A stretch of DNA of 64,000 bases from a plasmid. Where the stretch lies: the sequence record NZ_CP090684.1; one strand, written 5' to 3'. Shown here piece by piece: positions 9,632-19,363 of this stretch. The translations under genes and the position numbers were made by a program. The first letter of the stretch is position 1, and every line of letters starts with the position of its first letter. The notes under the pieces were generated by a model, which saw only the letters and a list, made by a program, of their open reading frames with translations, was not told the DNA's origin and searched no databases.

Positions 9632-11503
9632 ATGCGCACGACATCCTCTAACACGTATCGGTACGTCTATCGAACAGCGGACGCGTTGAGTCGCATGCTT
9701 CGCTTCGTCCTTGTGCTGGTGTTCGGACTTGTATCCTTTGCGGCATACGCAGTCAACGAATCCGAATTGCTGGCGCCCGAGCAGGCATTTCCGTTGACCG
9801 TCAGCCTTGCGAGCCATAAGGAGGTCGTGCTCGACTTCAAGACGAAGCCCGGGTATTACCTGTATCGTGACCGATTCAGCTTTGCGGTGAGCGGCGCGCC
9901 GGTAAAACCGGTTGCGATGCCTCCCTCCGAAACCAAGAACGACCCCACGTTCGGTGTCGTGCAGGTCTATCACCAGCCGGTCCGAATTCTTCTTCCGCTG
10001 TCCGCCGCCGTCACGTCAAGCGCCACGCTGACGGTGACATCCCAGGGATGTGCAGACGTTGGTGTCTGTTATCCGCCTCAGACTCGCCGCTTTCGGATCG
10101 CTGCGGACGGTGGGGTGACGCCTGCCGCGCTCGTGGGGAGCGCGAAGGGGGCGGACTTCCCTGTCGCAGAGAAAGACCGGCAGGCCACCGTACTCGGTCT
10201 ACCGCTGCGGCCGGCCAATGGTATCGGCATCGCCGAAATGCTTGGCTTCCTGTTGGCGGGTCTGCTGATGGCGGGTACCGTGTGCATGTATCCGCTCATT
10301 CCGATCGTCACGGCGGTCATTGACGGTACTCGCGAGCGGTTGCCGGTATGGCGCGGGTTCTCGCTGTCGTTGGCCTATGTGCAAGGACTGGCGATCACGT
10401 ATGCGGCAGCCGGAACTGTCGCGGCCGTCATCGGCATTCCGCTCGTGGCGCTGACGCAGAAACCCTGGTTGCTGGCCACGTTCGGCATGCTCATGCTCGC
10501 GTTCGCGCTCGGTATGTTCGGCGTGTTCCGATTGCAACTGCCGACGGGTTGGCAGACGCGGTTTGCGGGATGGAGCAAGCGCTTGCCCGGCGGCCGTGTT
10601 GGGCCCGTGTTCGTGATGGGCATGTTGTCCGCGCTGATCGTAGGGCCGTGTTCCACACCGGCGCTGGCCGGCGCACTGCTCTACATCGCAAACAGTCGTG
10701 ACATCTCAGGCGGTGCGCTGGCGCTGTATCTGATGGGTATCGGAATCGGCATTCCATTGTTGCTCGTCGGTACGTTCGGAACGCGCTTGCTGCCCAAGTC
10801 GGGACACTGGATGGTCGCCGTCCAGAACACGCTGGGGGTCATGCTGTTGGCCGCCGCGCTGTGGTTCGTTTATTCGCTGCTGCCCGCGTGGCTGCTGATG
10901 TCGCTGATCGCGTTGCTGCTCACCGCTTGCGGGACGATGCTGCGGGCGATCGACCCGTTACCGGCGGATGCTACGGGCATCGCGCGAGTCGGCAAAGCGC
11001 TCGGTGTGTTGCTGCTGGTCGCTGGTATTGCCGAGTTTGTTGGCGTCGCATCGGGCAACTTCGACATTTTGACGCCGCTGGGCGGATTGACTCGGACATC
11101 GACGTCGGCGGGCGGCGGCACAAGTGCGGCAACGCAATTCGACACGATAACCTCGAACGCGAAGCTGGACGAGGCGCTCAAGGCAGCACGAGGTCAACCT
11201 GTCATGGTGGACTTCTACGCGGACTGGTGCATCACCTGCAAGGAACTCGAACGCTTCACGTTCACGGATGCGCGCGTGATGAACGAGTTCACGCATTGGA
11301 AGTTGCTGCGCATCGACGTGACGAAGAACACCGAGGCCGACACGGCCATGTTGCGGCGGTTCGGTCTGTTCGGCCCTCCGGCGCTGATCTTCTTCGACAA
11401 GACTGGTCGGCCACAGCCCGATGCGCAATTGATCGGATTTATTGGCGCGGACACGTTCCTGGCCCATCTGAAGCGGTTGCAGTCGGGCGATGTGGCGCAA
11501 TAG
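9632..11503 (+). CDS. dsbD: Thiol:disulfide interchange protein DsbD (protein-disulfide reductase)
   Basis: N-terminal periplasmic domain, central multi-TM domain, and C-terminal thioredoxin domain (WCITCKELE). True start may be an internal Met (MLRFVLVL). Confidence 0.85.
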   Translation: MRTTSSNTYRYVYRTADALSRMLRFVLVLVFGLVSFAAYAVNESELLAPEQAFPLTVSLASHKEVVLDFKTKPGYYLYRDRFSFAVSGAPVKPVAMPPSETKNDPTFGVVQVYHQPVRILLPLSAAVTSSATLTVTSQGCADVGVCYPPQTRRFRIAADGGVTPAALVGSAKGADFPVAEKDRQATVLGLPLRPANGIGIAEMLGFLLAGLLMAGTVCMYPLIPIVTAVIDGTRERLPVWRGFSLSLAYVQGLAITYAAAGTVAAVIGIPLVALTQKPWLLATFGMLMLAFALGMFGVFRLQLPTGWQTRFAGWSKRLPGGRVGPVFVMGMLSALIVGPCSTPALAGALLYIANSRDISGGALALYLMGIGIGIPLLLVGTFGTRLLPKSGHWMVAVQNTLGVMLLAAALWFVYSLLPAWLLMSLIALLLTACGTMLRAIDPLPADATGIARVGKALGVLLLVAGIAEFVGVASGNFDILTPLGGLTRTSTSAGGGTSAATQFDTITSNAKLDEALKAARGQPVMVDFYADWCITCKELERFTFTDARVMNEFTHWKLLRIDVTKNTEADTAMLRRFGLFGPPALIFFDKTGRPQPDAQLIGFIGADTFLAHLKRLQSGDVAQ

Positions 11504-11554
11504 CGCAGCTGCCGGCGGTCGCAGCGGGACTGATCGGCGCCTATACTGGAAATC

Positions 11555-11917
11555 ATGAAATTCTGGGTCAAACTCGTTGCCTGCTTTCTGATTGCGTGGT
11601 TGCCAATGCTCGGTTACCCCGCACAGGCGGCGTTGTGTCCAGAAATGTCGTCGATGCCAGCGGTACAGCATCACATGAAGGCAGCAAGTGCGATCGAAGC
11701 GACCGGATGCACGTCCGGTACGAAGCCTCTCGGTACCAGCGATCGTCCATCTGCGTGCCACGCGGGCATGGGAAGTGCCGTGTGCGGGATGCTGGCTATA
11801 CCGATGTCGCATCGCGTCGGCATCGTCGTTTCTACGGCCGACTATCGGGCCATCACGCCGTTCCTCGCCGAGCAGTTCATTCCTGAGCTGCCAGCACCAC
11901 CCCCGCGTTCGTTGTAA
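11555..11917 (+). CDS. Hypothetical secreted Cys/His/Met-containing protein (possible metal-binding, DUF2946-like)
   Basis: Signal peptide MKFWVKLVACFLIAWLPMLGYPAQA. Motifs CPEMSSMP, ACHAGMGSAVCGM. Confidence 0.45.
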   Translation: MKFWVKLVACFLIAWLPMLGYPAQAALCPEMSSMPAVQHHMKAASAIEATGCTSGTKPLGTSDRPSACHAGMGSAVCGMLAIPMSHRVGIVVSTADYRAITPFLAEQFIPELPAPPPRSL

Positions 11918-12036
11918 CTCTCATCCGTCGACGCTTGCCCAGCGGTTCCGTACCGCGGCCCGAGTTCGCTCGTGGCCCGCGTATTCATCCGGGAAGCGTC
12001 GCATGTTCGATTCTTTGAATGCAGATGGAGATATAC

Positions 12037-12324
12037 ATGAACGCAAGTCATGCACGAATGGCGGTCCTTTCCACACTATTGGTTGCAGCGAGCGCAGTGA
12101 GCTTCGCTGCCACTGGTTCAGCGTCCGGCACGTCGGCGCAAGATCGTGAGCACGGTCACGGCTCGATGATGATGGGCGGCATGATGGGTGGTTGCCCGAT
12201 GATGGGGGGGAGCGCCGGACTGGACTCGAAGACCGCAATGCGAATGCACGCCGAGATGATGCGCGCGATGAGCGACATCATGATGAAGTATTCCGACCAG
12301 GCGGGTGCGGCACCGTCAAAGTGA
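12037..12324 (+). CDS. Met-rich periplasmic copper-binding protein
   Basis: Signal peptide, then GHGSMMMGGMMGGCPMMGGS and MRMHAEMMRAMSDIMM. A Met-rich Cu(I) ligand motif. Confidence 0.55.
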   Translation: MNASHARMAVLSTLLVAASAVSFAATGSASGTSAQDREHGHGSMMMGGMMGGCPMMGGSAGLDSKTAMRMHAEMMRAMSDIMMKYSDQAGAAPSK

Positions 12325-12376
12325 CGCAAGCCAGACCACATGACTCGCATTGAATTCCGCTTGACAAGGACTTCAC

Positions 12377-12604
12377 ATGAAATGCAACTGGAAAACCATG
12401 GTGGCTGTTGGGTCCGCACTGGTCGCCGTCATCGCCCTCGGGTACTGGGCATTTCCTCCGCTCAGAGGCCCGCTTGCAACGCTCGCCGTTATCGCCAGTG
12501 GGTTTATCTGCCCGCTATCGATGATTTTCATGATGCGCGGCATGCAATCTCACGCTGACGGTTCCGGTGTGGACACTCGCCTGACGGACAAAGCCGAACA
12601 CTGA
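12377..12604 (+). CDS. DUF2933-like small membrane protein
   Basis: 75 aa with two TM helices. Commonly linked to cop/cus clusters. Confidence 0.5.
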   Translation: MKCNWKTMVAVGSALVAVIALGYWAFPPLRGPLATLAVIASGFICPLSMIFMMRGMQSHADGSGVDTRLTDKAEH

Positions 12605-12681
12605 GCCCGCCGACTTACGTCGGTACATCGGGCCGGAGCGATGGCATTTGCCACCGCTCCGGTCCGCTTCACGGAGCGTAT

Positions 12682-12843
12682 ATGTTCACTGGGAAACCAA
12701 TCGTCAATTTCATCATTGGCCTACTCGCGGCCATCGGCCTGCTAGCGGTGCTGGGCACGGCCGCGATGTGGGGGATGCATAGCGGGATGATGCACGGCAT
12801 GCTGTCGTGTGGAAGCACGATGTATCCGCGTTCCGGAACCTGA
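12682..12843 (+). CDS. Unannotated 53-aa membrane peptide with Met/His-rich tail
   Basis: MFTGKPIVNFIIGLLAAIGLLAVLGTAAMWGMHSGMMHGMLSCGSTMYPRSGT. One TM helix plus an MxxxH/M-rich tail. Below the ORF-track size cutoff. Confidence 0.35.
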   Translation: MFTGKPIVNFIIGLLAAIGLLAVLGTAAMWGMHSGMMHGMLSCGSTMYPRSGT

Positions 12844-12865
12844 GCGGGAGTTTGGGAGATTGAAA

Positions 12866-13423
12866 ATGAAACGATACAAACGACATCAGTCTGGCAGCGC
12901 CGCCAACGAGCGCTCCGGTCGTGTCGTCAAGGTGAAGTTGAATCTGCTGTCTCTGCTTGCCCTGATTCTCGCGGTATCGACGGCGTTGGTTTGGGGGCCT
13001 TCACTTGTGCATTGGGCCTTTGGTCCAAAAAGCGCTGCGGTCACGCTGGAGAACACGGTCCAGCAGGTACCCGGCTGGCGAGTCGGAATGCTGCGCCCAG
13101 ATGGACTGCGCATCATTTCATCGGGCGTATCGGATGCCTCGCATGTACTGAACCCGGTGCAGTTTCCCGACATTGCTGTGCGGCACGCGTACTGGGTCGC
13201 GACCCAGATCCCCGCGACGCTCAACAAGCTCTACTGCTGGTGCGGATGCGAGAACCGCGGCGAGCATCGTTCGAACCTTCAGTGCTTCGAGGACAAGATG
13301 GCGGTGTCGTGCCCGGTTTGCCAAGGCACAGCCGAAATCGCTTACCAGATGACGCAAGCTGGTGTCCGGGACGCAGCGAAGATTCAAGCGGCAGTCGATG
13401 CAAAGTGGGCGCCGAAGGGATAG
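12866..13423 (+). CDS. PCYCGC-motif domain protein (metal-resistance-associated)
   Basis: Starts MKRYKRHQ. N-terminal TM helix. LYCWCGCE and CPVC motifs. Confidence 0.6.
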   Translation: MKRYKRHQSGSAANERSGRVVKVKLNLLSLLALILAVSTALVWGPSLVHWAFGPKSAAVTLENTVQQVPGWRVGMLRPDGLRIISSGVSDASHVLNPVQFPDIAVRHAYWVATQIPATLNKLYCWCGCENRGEHRSNLQCFEDKMAVSCPVCQGTAEIAYQMTQAGVRDAAKIQAAVDAKWAPKG

Positions 13424-13456
13424 CCGCCGGGCGTTTCAATTTCGAAGCAGGAGGAT

Positions 13457-13768
13457 GTGATGGAACTGAAATGCGTTGTCGCAGTGCTGCGGCCCGAGGT
13501 GCTCACCGCGCTCGAGCAGCGATTGGGTGCGTTGCACATCCATGGAATGACGGTGACCAAGGCAAAGGGATTCGGCGCGCATCCCAACTTCTTTGGCAAC
13601 GACTGGACAACGGAACACATCAGGATCGAAGTCTTTACGGTCGCAGAGAGCGTCGACGCGCTGGTCGAGGAAATTACGACGGTCGCGAACGAACAATCGG
13701 GCGGCGATGGCGTCGTGGCCGTCGTACCGGTAGAACGGTTTCTCCGAGTGCGGTCGGCGACTCCGTAA
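13457..13768 (+). CDS. P-II (GlnB-like) family protein embedded in metal-resistance cluster
   Basis: About 103 aa with the ferredoxin-like P-II fold signature (KCVVAVLRPE...HGMTVTKAKGFG...). Confidence 0.7.
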   Translation: MMELKCVVAVLRPEVLTALEQRLGALHIHGMTVTKAKGFGAHPNFFGNDWTTEHIRIEVFTVAESVDALVEEITTVANEQSGGDGVVAVVPVERFLRVRSATP

Positions 13769-13834
13769 CACCGGTTTGGCGATTGTCGGTTACCGGGAAA
13801 ATGCAATGAGATCAAAGGGATCCCAGCATACGAC

Positions 13835-14272
13835 TTAAACGTCCCTCACAGGGGGCAGAACATGGATCTTTCCAGAAGCTACCGCCTGCAGCGTTGCAAT
13901 CTCCTGACGCAGTGTTTCATTAATCGACGCCAGCGTCGCGACATCAGCCAGTGCAGCGTCTCGCTCCGCGCGGACGGTCTTCAGCTGTTCTCTTACCTTC
14001 TTGACCTCCGCAACCGTGGCGTCGCGCTGCTGCCGAATGCCGCGGCCGACTTGAGTGCGGATCTCTTCGGCGATGTCGGGGTACGTATTGTGAATGAGGC
14101 CGGCGCTTACGCCAGCCTCCGCCGCGACGGAGGAGATGCTCAATTTCAGTCCCCTCGTCTTGACCCGGAGGATCGCCAGCTGTAGCGCTTCGCGCGTCTT
14201 CCCTCTGCTACGGCGCCGGGGCGCCGACCCGGGCCGCGTATCGTCGGGCGAGGTGCCTGCACGGCTGCTCAT
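13835..14272 (-). CDS. Small HTH protein (TetR-like N-terminal helix-turn-helix plus coiled coil), TnpC-position gene of recombinase module
   Basis: HTH at LKLSISSVAAEAGVSAGLIHNTY. Overlaps the upstream recombinase stop by 4 nt. Confidence 0.55.
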   Translation of the reverse strand: MSSRAGTSPDDTRPGSAPRRRSRGKTREALQLAILRVKTRGLKLSISSVAAEAGVSAGLIHNTYPDIAEEIRTQVGRGIRQQRDATVAEVKKVREQLKTVRAERDAALADVATLASINETLRQEIATLQAVASGKIHVLPPVRDV

Positions 14273-16221
14273 GCTCCCTCCAGCGCGGCAGTGTACGCCC
14301 GGGCCCGGTCATCGGTCGGCAGCGCACAGCCGAGATCCCGCAGCACCTGCGTCGAGCGCTCCACCACGCGCCGCGCCTTATCGGCCACTGCGGGACCGCA
14401 GTCGGTGATCGCAGCTAGCCGCAGGTTGTCCAGGTGAATCATCTGCCAGGCAGATGCTTGCCCCTGGTCGATGATGGCCTGCGAGCACCCCGCGCACATT
14501 GATGGGTCGTACACCCCCTGGCCGTGACATCCTCGCGTACCACTGATGCACCACGCGTGTCCGGTGCTGCGCAGTTCGATCGACTCGGCGGTTTGTCTCA
14601 GGAGTTGCTTGAGGTCGCGTGCGGCACGCGTGCGCGTCTGCATGATCTTCTTGCCGGCACCCCCGCTGAGCAGCGCATCGGAATGCGCCCAACTTTCCAG
14701 CAGCCCCAGCCGCGCGTCGGCCATTTCCTCCTCGAACTCGCGATATAGGGCGTGATCCTGGTGCGGGCTGGCAGCGTAGAGCTGCGTCCACGACATCGAC
14801 GCATGTTTGAGTTGCCACTTCAGGAAGACGAGGCCCATTCGGCCCAACCGCGAGTTCGCGACGTTGTACGCGAAGGTGCGGCGGCACTGATGGTTGGCCA
14901 GGTTCCACTCTGTCCCGGCGGCCGCGGCCAATTGCTTCAATTGGTACCCGCAGGATGCTGAACTCAGCACCTCGACCCGCGAACCGGTTCCCAGATGATC
15001 CGAGGCTTTCACGTTCAGTCCTAGAACCAGATGCCGGCCGATCTCTCGCACATGGTTCAGGCGGTGCGCGGCCTCAGCCATTTTCATGCCGTTGCACAGG
15101 TGGCCGGTGAGATCGGGGCCCTGCGCCATCAGGTCTTCGAGCCATCGCGCCTCGCCGACCAACCGTGCTTGGAGCGGTTGGGCGTAGCGCTGCAGGATCT
15201 CAAGCGCGCGAATAGCCTCCGGCGGCACCAGAAAGTCGACCTCGGTTCCGCCGGTCGTCTTGACTTCGCGCGTGCGCACCCAGTGATACGTCACGCCGTT
15301 GCGCTGTTCGGTACGCCAACATCCGCTGGTCACGCCGGTGCTCTCCGAGTTGCGCATTCCGGAGGAGATCTGCAAGAGGTATAGGACCGCATTGCGGATC
15401 GAAGTCATTGCGGGGCGCTTGGGCGCCCCGAGCCCGCCCGCGTCTCGAGCCTGAAACAGCTCGTCCGCCTGCGCAAGACTGGCCTCGCAGTAGGCGAAAA
15501 GTATGCGCTGCACCGACCGCGGGATCACGGGGGTCGTGCCGGTCCGCCCTGACGGCATCCGATTATCTTCATTGCCGCCACATGCATCCCAAAGGGCGAG
15601 CCCCGCCCACGGGTGCTCGAGCAACGGGTGCAGGACTTCCGTATGGAACGTCCAGACCAGGTCGACAATTTGCAGCCGACCACGCACCGACACGGGCTTG
15701 AGCGTACGCCGCAAATCCGCGATGTGGTCAGACAGGTGCAGAGCTCGTACCTGACTGAAGTCGGCCAGCCCCAATTGTGCGAGATATCTCAGAGCCAGGA
15801 CGCCCGAGCGGCCAATATCCGCTATCGAGCTGCCGGACCACTTTCGCCCGTGGGGGCCGCGTCGCTGAGCACAATAGAGTGCCGCCTTGGCATCGTCGAT
15901 CAGTGCTTTCGGTACGTCGTCCGGCCAAACGATCTTCAGGGCCGAACCCTTGCGGTTCTTCGCCTCGATCTCCGGCGCGAGGTCCCAGACCCGATCACCG
16001 AAACGACTCACTGGATGCTCGTGGCCTGCGGCATCGGCCACGGCAGTCACCACGATAGCGTCACGTTCGGCCGGCGGAATGCCGACCAGGCTGATCGGCT
16101 GAGCCGCCAGCAACTCGAAGGCCCGCAGGGCACGTGGGGCGGGCAAGGATGTGGCCGGCACGGCGCGAGCCCCAGATAGCGTTTGGGGCGTGTCAAGGAT
16201 CGAGGCAGAGGTACTTCTCAT
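14269..16221 (-). CDS. Tyrosine recombinase (third of trio, 650 aa)
   Basis: Box I-like SGMRNSES. Box II-like CRRTFAYNV...LKHASMSWTQLYAA. Confidence 0.75.
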   Translation of the reverse strand: MRSTSASILDTPQTLSGARAVPATSLPAPRALRAFELLAAQPISLVGIPPAERDAIVVTAVADAAGHEHPVSRFGDRVWDLAPEIEAKNRKGSALKIVWPDDVPKALIDDAKAALYCAQRRGPHGRKWSGSSIADIGRSGVLALRYLAQLGLADFSQVRALHLSDHIADLRRTLKPVSVRGRLQIVDLVWTFHTEVLHPLLEHPWAGLALWDACGGNEDNRMPSGRTGTTPVIPRSVQRILFAYCEASLAQADELFQARDAGGLGAPKRPAMTSIRNAVLYLLQISSGMRNSESTGVTSGCWRTEQRNGVTYHWVRTREVKTTGGTEVDFLVPPEAIRALEILQRYAQPLQARLVGEARWLEDLMAQGPDLTGHLCNGMKMAEAAHRLNHVREIGRHLVLGLNVKASDHLGTGSRVEVLSSASCGYQLKQLAAAAGTEWNLANHQCRRTFAYNVANSRLGRMGLVFLKWQLKHASMSWTQLYAASPHQDHALYREFEEEMADARLGLLESWAHSDALLSGGAGKKIMQTRTRAARDLKQLLRQTAESIELRSTGHAWCISGTRGCHGQGVYDPSMCAGCSQAIIDQGQASAWQMIHLDNLRLAAITDCGPAVADKARRVVERSTQVLRDLGCALPTDDRARAYTAALEGA

Positions 16222-18119
16222 GCCCTGGGTCCTGCCTGCTGCGTTCCGCGAATCCGCGGTATCGCCGTATCGCCGTGCGAGCCATCAACGCGCAGATCCG
16301 GCGCTGACGCACGGTGTCGTGCGCGGCGGCTCATGGTCATCTGGTGCTGCCAGTAAGGGTGCAAGCCCGAGACGGTCTTGGCGCGGGCCTGCGCGACCCG
16401 GCTGCGCGCGAATTGGCGTTGCGTGAAGTCGTCGATGTAGGGGATGACCACCCGGTATCGGTCGCGCAGGTCCTCAAGCAGTCCGTCGGTCGTGCGCTCC
16501 GGACCCAAGGCTTCGTCAAGGTAGTCGAGTTCGGCCTGCGCGAACATCTGAAAGCTGAACAAGCGCCAGAGTTCGTCCACGGTGCCGACGATCGCGAAGC
16601 TCGAGCAGAACAAGCACATGACGTAGCGATCGCAGTGGCTGCGGCCATCATTCGGCGCATGCTCGCCGCTGATCGAGTCCGAGCATGCGGAGACGGGCGT
16701 CGGGCTTGGCGGGGCGCTTATGCTGCCTTTGCCGACCTTGAAAGGTTCCACTTGCACTGGCCGAATCTCATTCCCCCTCGGAGCCTGTGCTTCGGCCCGC
16801 ATCAAAACGGTATAGTCGCCGTTCATGAAGCTCGCTGCATCGGCCTTGCGCGCCTCATTCATCGACGGGTAATTCACTCCGGCGACCCTCGGTGTGTTGC
16901 CCATCAGGTTGGCGGTGATGGCTATGTCGCCGTCGGCGGTACGCAGAGCACGGTCGAAGCGGCTCTTACGCAGGCGACTCAGGTTGACGCGCAACGGCAG
17001 GCCGCCGTCTCCCAGTAGACTGCGGCGTTCGATGACGCCTTCGATTGCCCTGTTGAGGGACTTGCTGTCGAGGCACGTGATGTTGCCCCTCTTTGTCGAC
17101 CCTGCACTTGCTTCAGCGCGATACAGCCAGATCCGTGTCTTGAACGCGGATGGCGCCTCACCCACCAGTTCGCGGGTGCTTGCGATGGCCTGCTGCAAGA
17201 CTGCGCCCTCGGAGAGGTCGAAGCAAAGGTTCTGCTCGTCAGCTTGCTCGTTCGGTTGATTTGATGCGTGCCGTCCAAGAGCGGAGCGGCCAACATTGGA
17301 ACGAATCTTCTTGCTGCGGTGCTTTGCAGTACGAATTAGGATCGTGCCAGGCAGAAATCCCGGCGCTAAGGCATCGCGGCACATTTCGAGCAGGGGCGTC
17401 GGGTTGAGCCCTTGACGGTGTGCCACCAACAACAGCCTGAGTCCCTGCACGGCACTTTGCTTCAGTTGCAAGCGGCCGTGGTGAACATCAACGAGGTCGG
17501 ACTTGATCGCCTTGGCCAGGCGCTCTTGCTCCGCGTCACTCAGGCTAGTCTGCAGGCTGTCTTCGCTGCTCCAGGGCAACGCGCCGCGCCGGAAGAAGCG
17601 AGAAGGCTCGCCCTCGATGAAGCCCTGCGCGAACATTTCGGCGAGTACGGCCTTGACCCCCCTGTAGGTATTGCGCGTCGAACTCGGTCGCCAGCCTTCA
17701 GCCTGAGCTCGCTTCTGCAACCATCCGATGAAATGCTGGACATGCATCGGGGAAAGGTCCGACGGCAACTTGGGTCGCTGGGGCAGCGGGGTTTGCGAAC
17801 TGCCCGCGAGGTACTCGAACAGGTAAGGCAGCTGCCCGAAGTACGTGGTGACGGAGGCTGTCGCGCGTGCACCCGAGAGCAGCATCGCCTTGAGGCAGAA
17901 GCCCGATGAGCATACCCAGTCGTCGATGCCTCGGCCCAGCCAGTCACGAAGGTCGAGCGTCTTGATTCTCTGAGGAAAGCGTGCCTCGAGCCCCAACAGC
18001 GCGACCATGTCGATGCAGGCGTCGTCGGCGCCGGGCTTCGGCCGTTCGAGTGATGCCGATATGACACCGACCGGTGCGGCGCGATTCTCGCTGACGTTGT
18101 AGTTCTTCTTTCTGACCAT
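16218..18119 (-). CDS. Tyrosine recombinase (second of trio, 633 aa, TnpB-of-Tn554-sized)
   Basis: Degenerate box II LRKSRFDRALRT...LMGNTPRVAGVNYPSM. Size matches Tn554 TnpB (~630 aa). Confidence 0.65.
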   Translation of the reverse strand: MVRKKNYNVSENRAAPVGVISASLERPKPGADDACIDMVALLGLEARFPQRIKTLDLRDWLGRGIDDWVCSSGFCLKAMLLSGARATASVTTYFGQLPYLFEYLAGSSQTPLPQRPKLPSDLSPMHVQHFIGWLQKRAQAEGWRPSSTRNTYRGVKAVLAEMFAQGFIEGEPSRFFRRGALPWSSEDSLQTSLSDAEQERLAKAIKSDLVDVHHGRLQLKQSAVQGLRLLLVAHRQGLNPTPLLEMCRDALAPGFLPGTILIRTAKHRSKKIRSNVGRSALGRHASNQPNEQADEQNLCFDLSEGAVLQQAIASTRELVGEAPSAFKTRIWLYRAEASAGSTKRGNITCLDSKSLNRAIEGVIERRSLLGDGGLPLRVNLSRLRKSRFDRALRTADGDIAITANLMGNTPRVAGVNYPSMNEARKADAASFMNGDYTVLMRAEAQAPRGNEIRPVQVEPFKVGKGSISAPPSPTPVSACSDSISGEHAPNDGRSHCDRYVMCLFCSSFAIVGTVDELWRLFSFQMFAQAELDYLDEALGPERTTDGLLEDLRDRYRVVIPYIDDFTQRQFARSRVAQARAKTVSGLHPYWQHQMTMSRRARHRASAPDLRVDGSHGDTAIPRIRGTQQAGPRA

Positions 18120-18127
18120 GGCGTCGC

Positions 18128-19363
18128 TCAGTGTCGAGGATCGACTGTGGATGCATGCGGCGCCGTGGCCAATGCTTTGCCAACCCCGTAGAGCCGGTCA
18201 AACTCGTCCATCATCGCGAGCGCCTCTGCGCCCAGCAGCCGCTCTATCTGCTGCAAATACACCATGGTGGTCTGGACACTCGCGTGGCCGAGGCGGTCGC
18301 GGACGTACATGAGCGGCTCCATCGGTATCTCGGGACGGCTGCGAAGCAGCAGCAGGGTATGAATCGCGTAGCTGTGGCGCAGCATGAGCGGGCGCACCCG
18401 GAAGCCCACCGTGTTGCTGAGATCGGTGTAGACCTTCACCGCGGATTCCTTGCTGTAGCGTTGCCCGTGAATCGTCAGGATCAGTTCCTTGCGGTCTGCC
18501 GCGTCGGCAAGACCGTTGCGCTCGAATGTCGTATATGCGTACATGTCCTCCATCAGGCTGTATGGCACGTGCACAACGCGGGACTTGTTGAACTTGATCT
18601 CCATGTCCCGTGGGTCGAGGCGCACGTCGATAAAGGTGCCTGGCTTCCAAGCCTTTTGGGTCCGTGGATCAACCACGTACGACAGCGGGAAGGTACGTGC
18701 CTCGACTGAGCGCAAACCCACCCGCGCCATCAGGTCGAACAGCAGCCGCTGCGCTGCAGAGCGAATCGATTGCCGCACGATCTTCAGTTGATCGGCTGTC
18801 AGGAACGCAGGTTCCTTGTTCCACTCGTTGAGCAGCACTGCCGGACGGCTCGACCTCTTCCGACCGCCGGTGATATGAGTCAGGTCATGCTCAATGCCGT
18901 ACACTGCGACGTCGGAACAGGTGAAGGGCAAGCGGTCGATCCGCCCGCGTTCATGTGCCCACCGGTACATTGCCGTGACCAATTCCAACCGGGCGTTGAT
19001 GGTTGCGGGGTCCAGCTTGAGGTCTTGGGCCTGCCAATCGCGGTAAACACTGACGACGCTCTGCCCAACCGACATGAATGGATCGTCCCAACACCATTCG
19101 TTCGCTTGTAGAAATCGAGCGAAATCCCATAGCCGGCGACCGTACGCCTCCCACGTCTTTTGATCAAGCGCCTTTCCGCTCTCAAGCAATCGGTACAGCA
19201 GGTAGTCATGGAACGGTTGCGCCGGCTCCATCGAATCGTCGAGGATCAAGGGGAATCCCGGCCGCGGGCGTCCGGCGAAGACAAACTCATCAGTGGCGCG
19301 TACGTACCTCACGCGCTGGCCTCGCGCAACATCTTCGCTGCTTGCTTGAATGGCACGCGCCAT
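18128..19363 (-). CDS. Tyrosine recombinase (first of trio, 411 aa)
   Basis: Box I VGLRSVEARTF. Box II LRHSYAIHTLL...LGHASVQTTMVYLQ. Confidence 0.85.
   Translation of the reverse strand: MARAIQASSEDVARGQRVRYVRATDEFVFAGRPRPGFPLILDDSMEPAQPFHDYLLYRLLESGKALDQKTWEAYGRRLWDFARFLQANEWCWDDPFMSVGQSVVSVYRDWQAQDLKLDPATINARLELVTAMYRWAHERGRIDRLPFTCSDVAVYGIEHDLTHITGGRKRSSRPAVLLNEWNKEPAFLTADQLKIVRQSIRSAAQRLLFDLMARVGLRSVEARTFPLSYVVDPRTQKAWKPGTFIDVRLDPRDMEIKFNKSRVVHVPYSLMEDMYAYTTFERNGLADAADRKELILTIHGQRYSKESAVKVYTDLSNTVGFRVRPLMLRHSYAIHTLLLLRSRPEIPMEPLMYVRDRLGHASVQTTMVYLQQIERLLGAEALAMMDEFDRLYGVGKALATAPHASTVDPRH

Larger units (their letters stand above)
13835..19363 (-). mobile_element. Tandem tyrosine-recombinase trio plus small HTH gene (Tn554-like / RIT-like site-specific module)
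   Basis: Four co-directional genes with overlapping start/stop codons (18119/18128, 16218-16221, 14269-14272). All three large proteins carry tyrosine-recombinase box I/II motifs. Confidence 0.6.

Noticed and set aside
8561-9973. 470-aa minus-strand ORF spanning cusA/cusF/dsbD
   Set aside because: Crosses three confident genes and two intergenic regions on the opposite strand. Artefact.
10861-11886. 341-aa + strand ORF
   Set aside because: Alternate frame inside dsbD and the following gene. Arg-rich junk translation.
16314-17018. 234-aa + strand ORF, and 18131-18709 + ORF
   Set aside because: Antisense to the tyrosine recombinase genes. Low-complexity.
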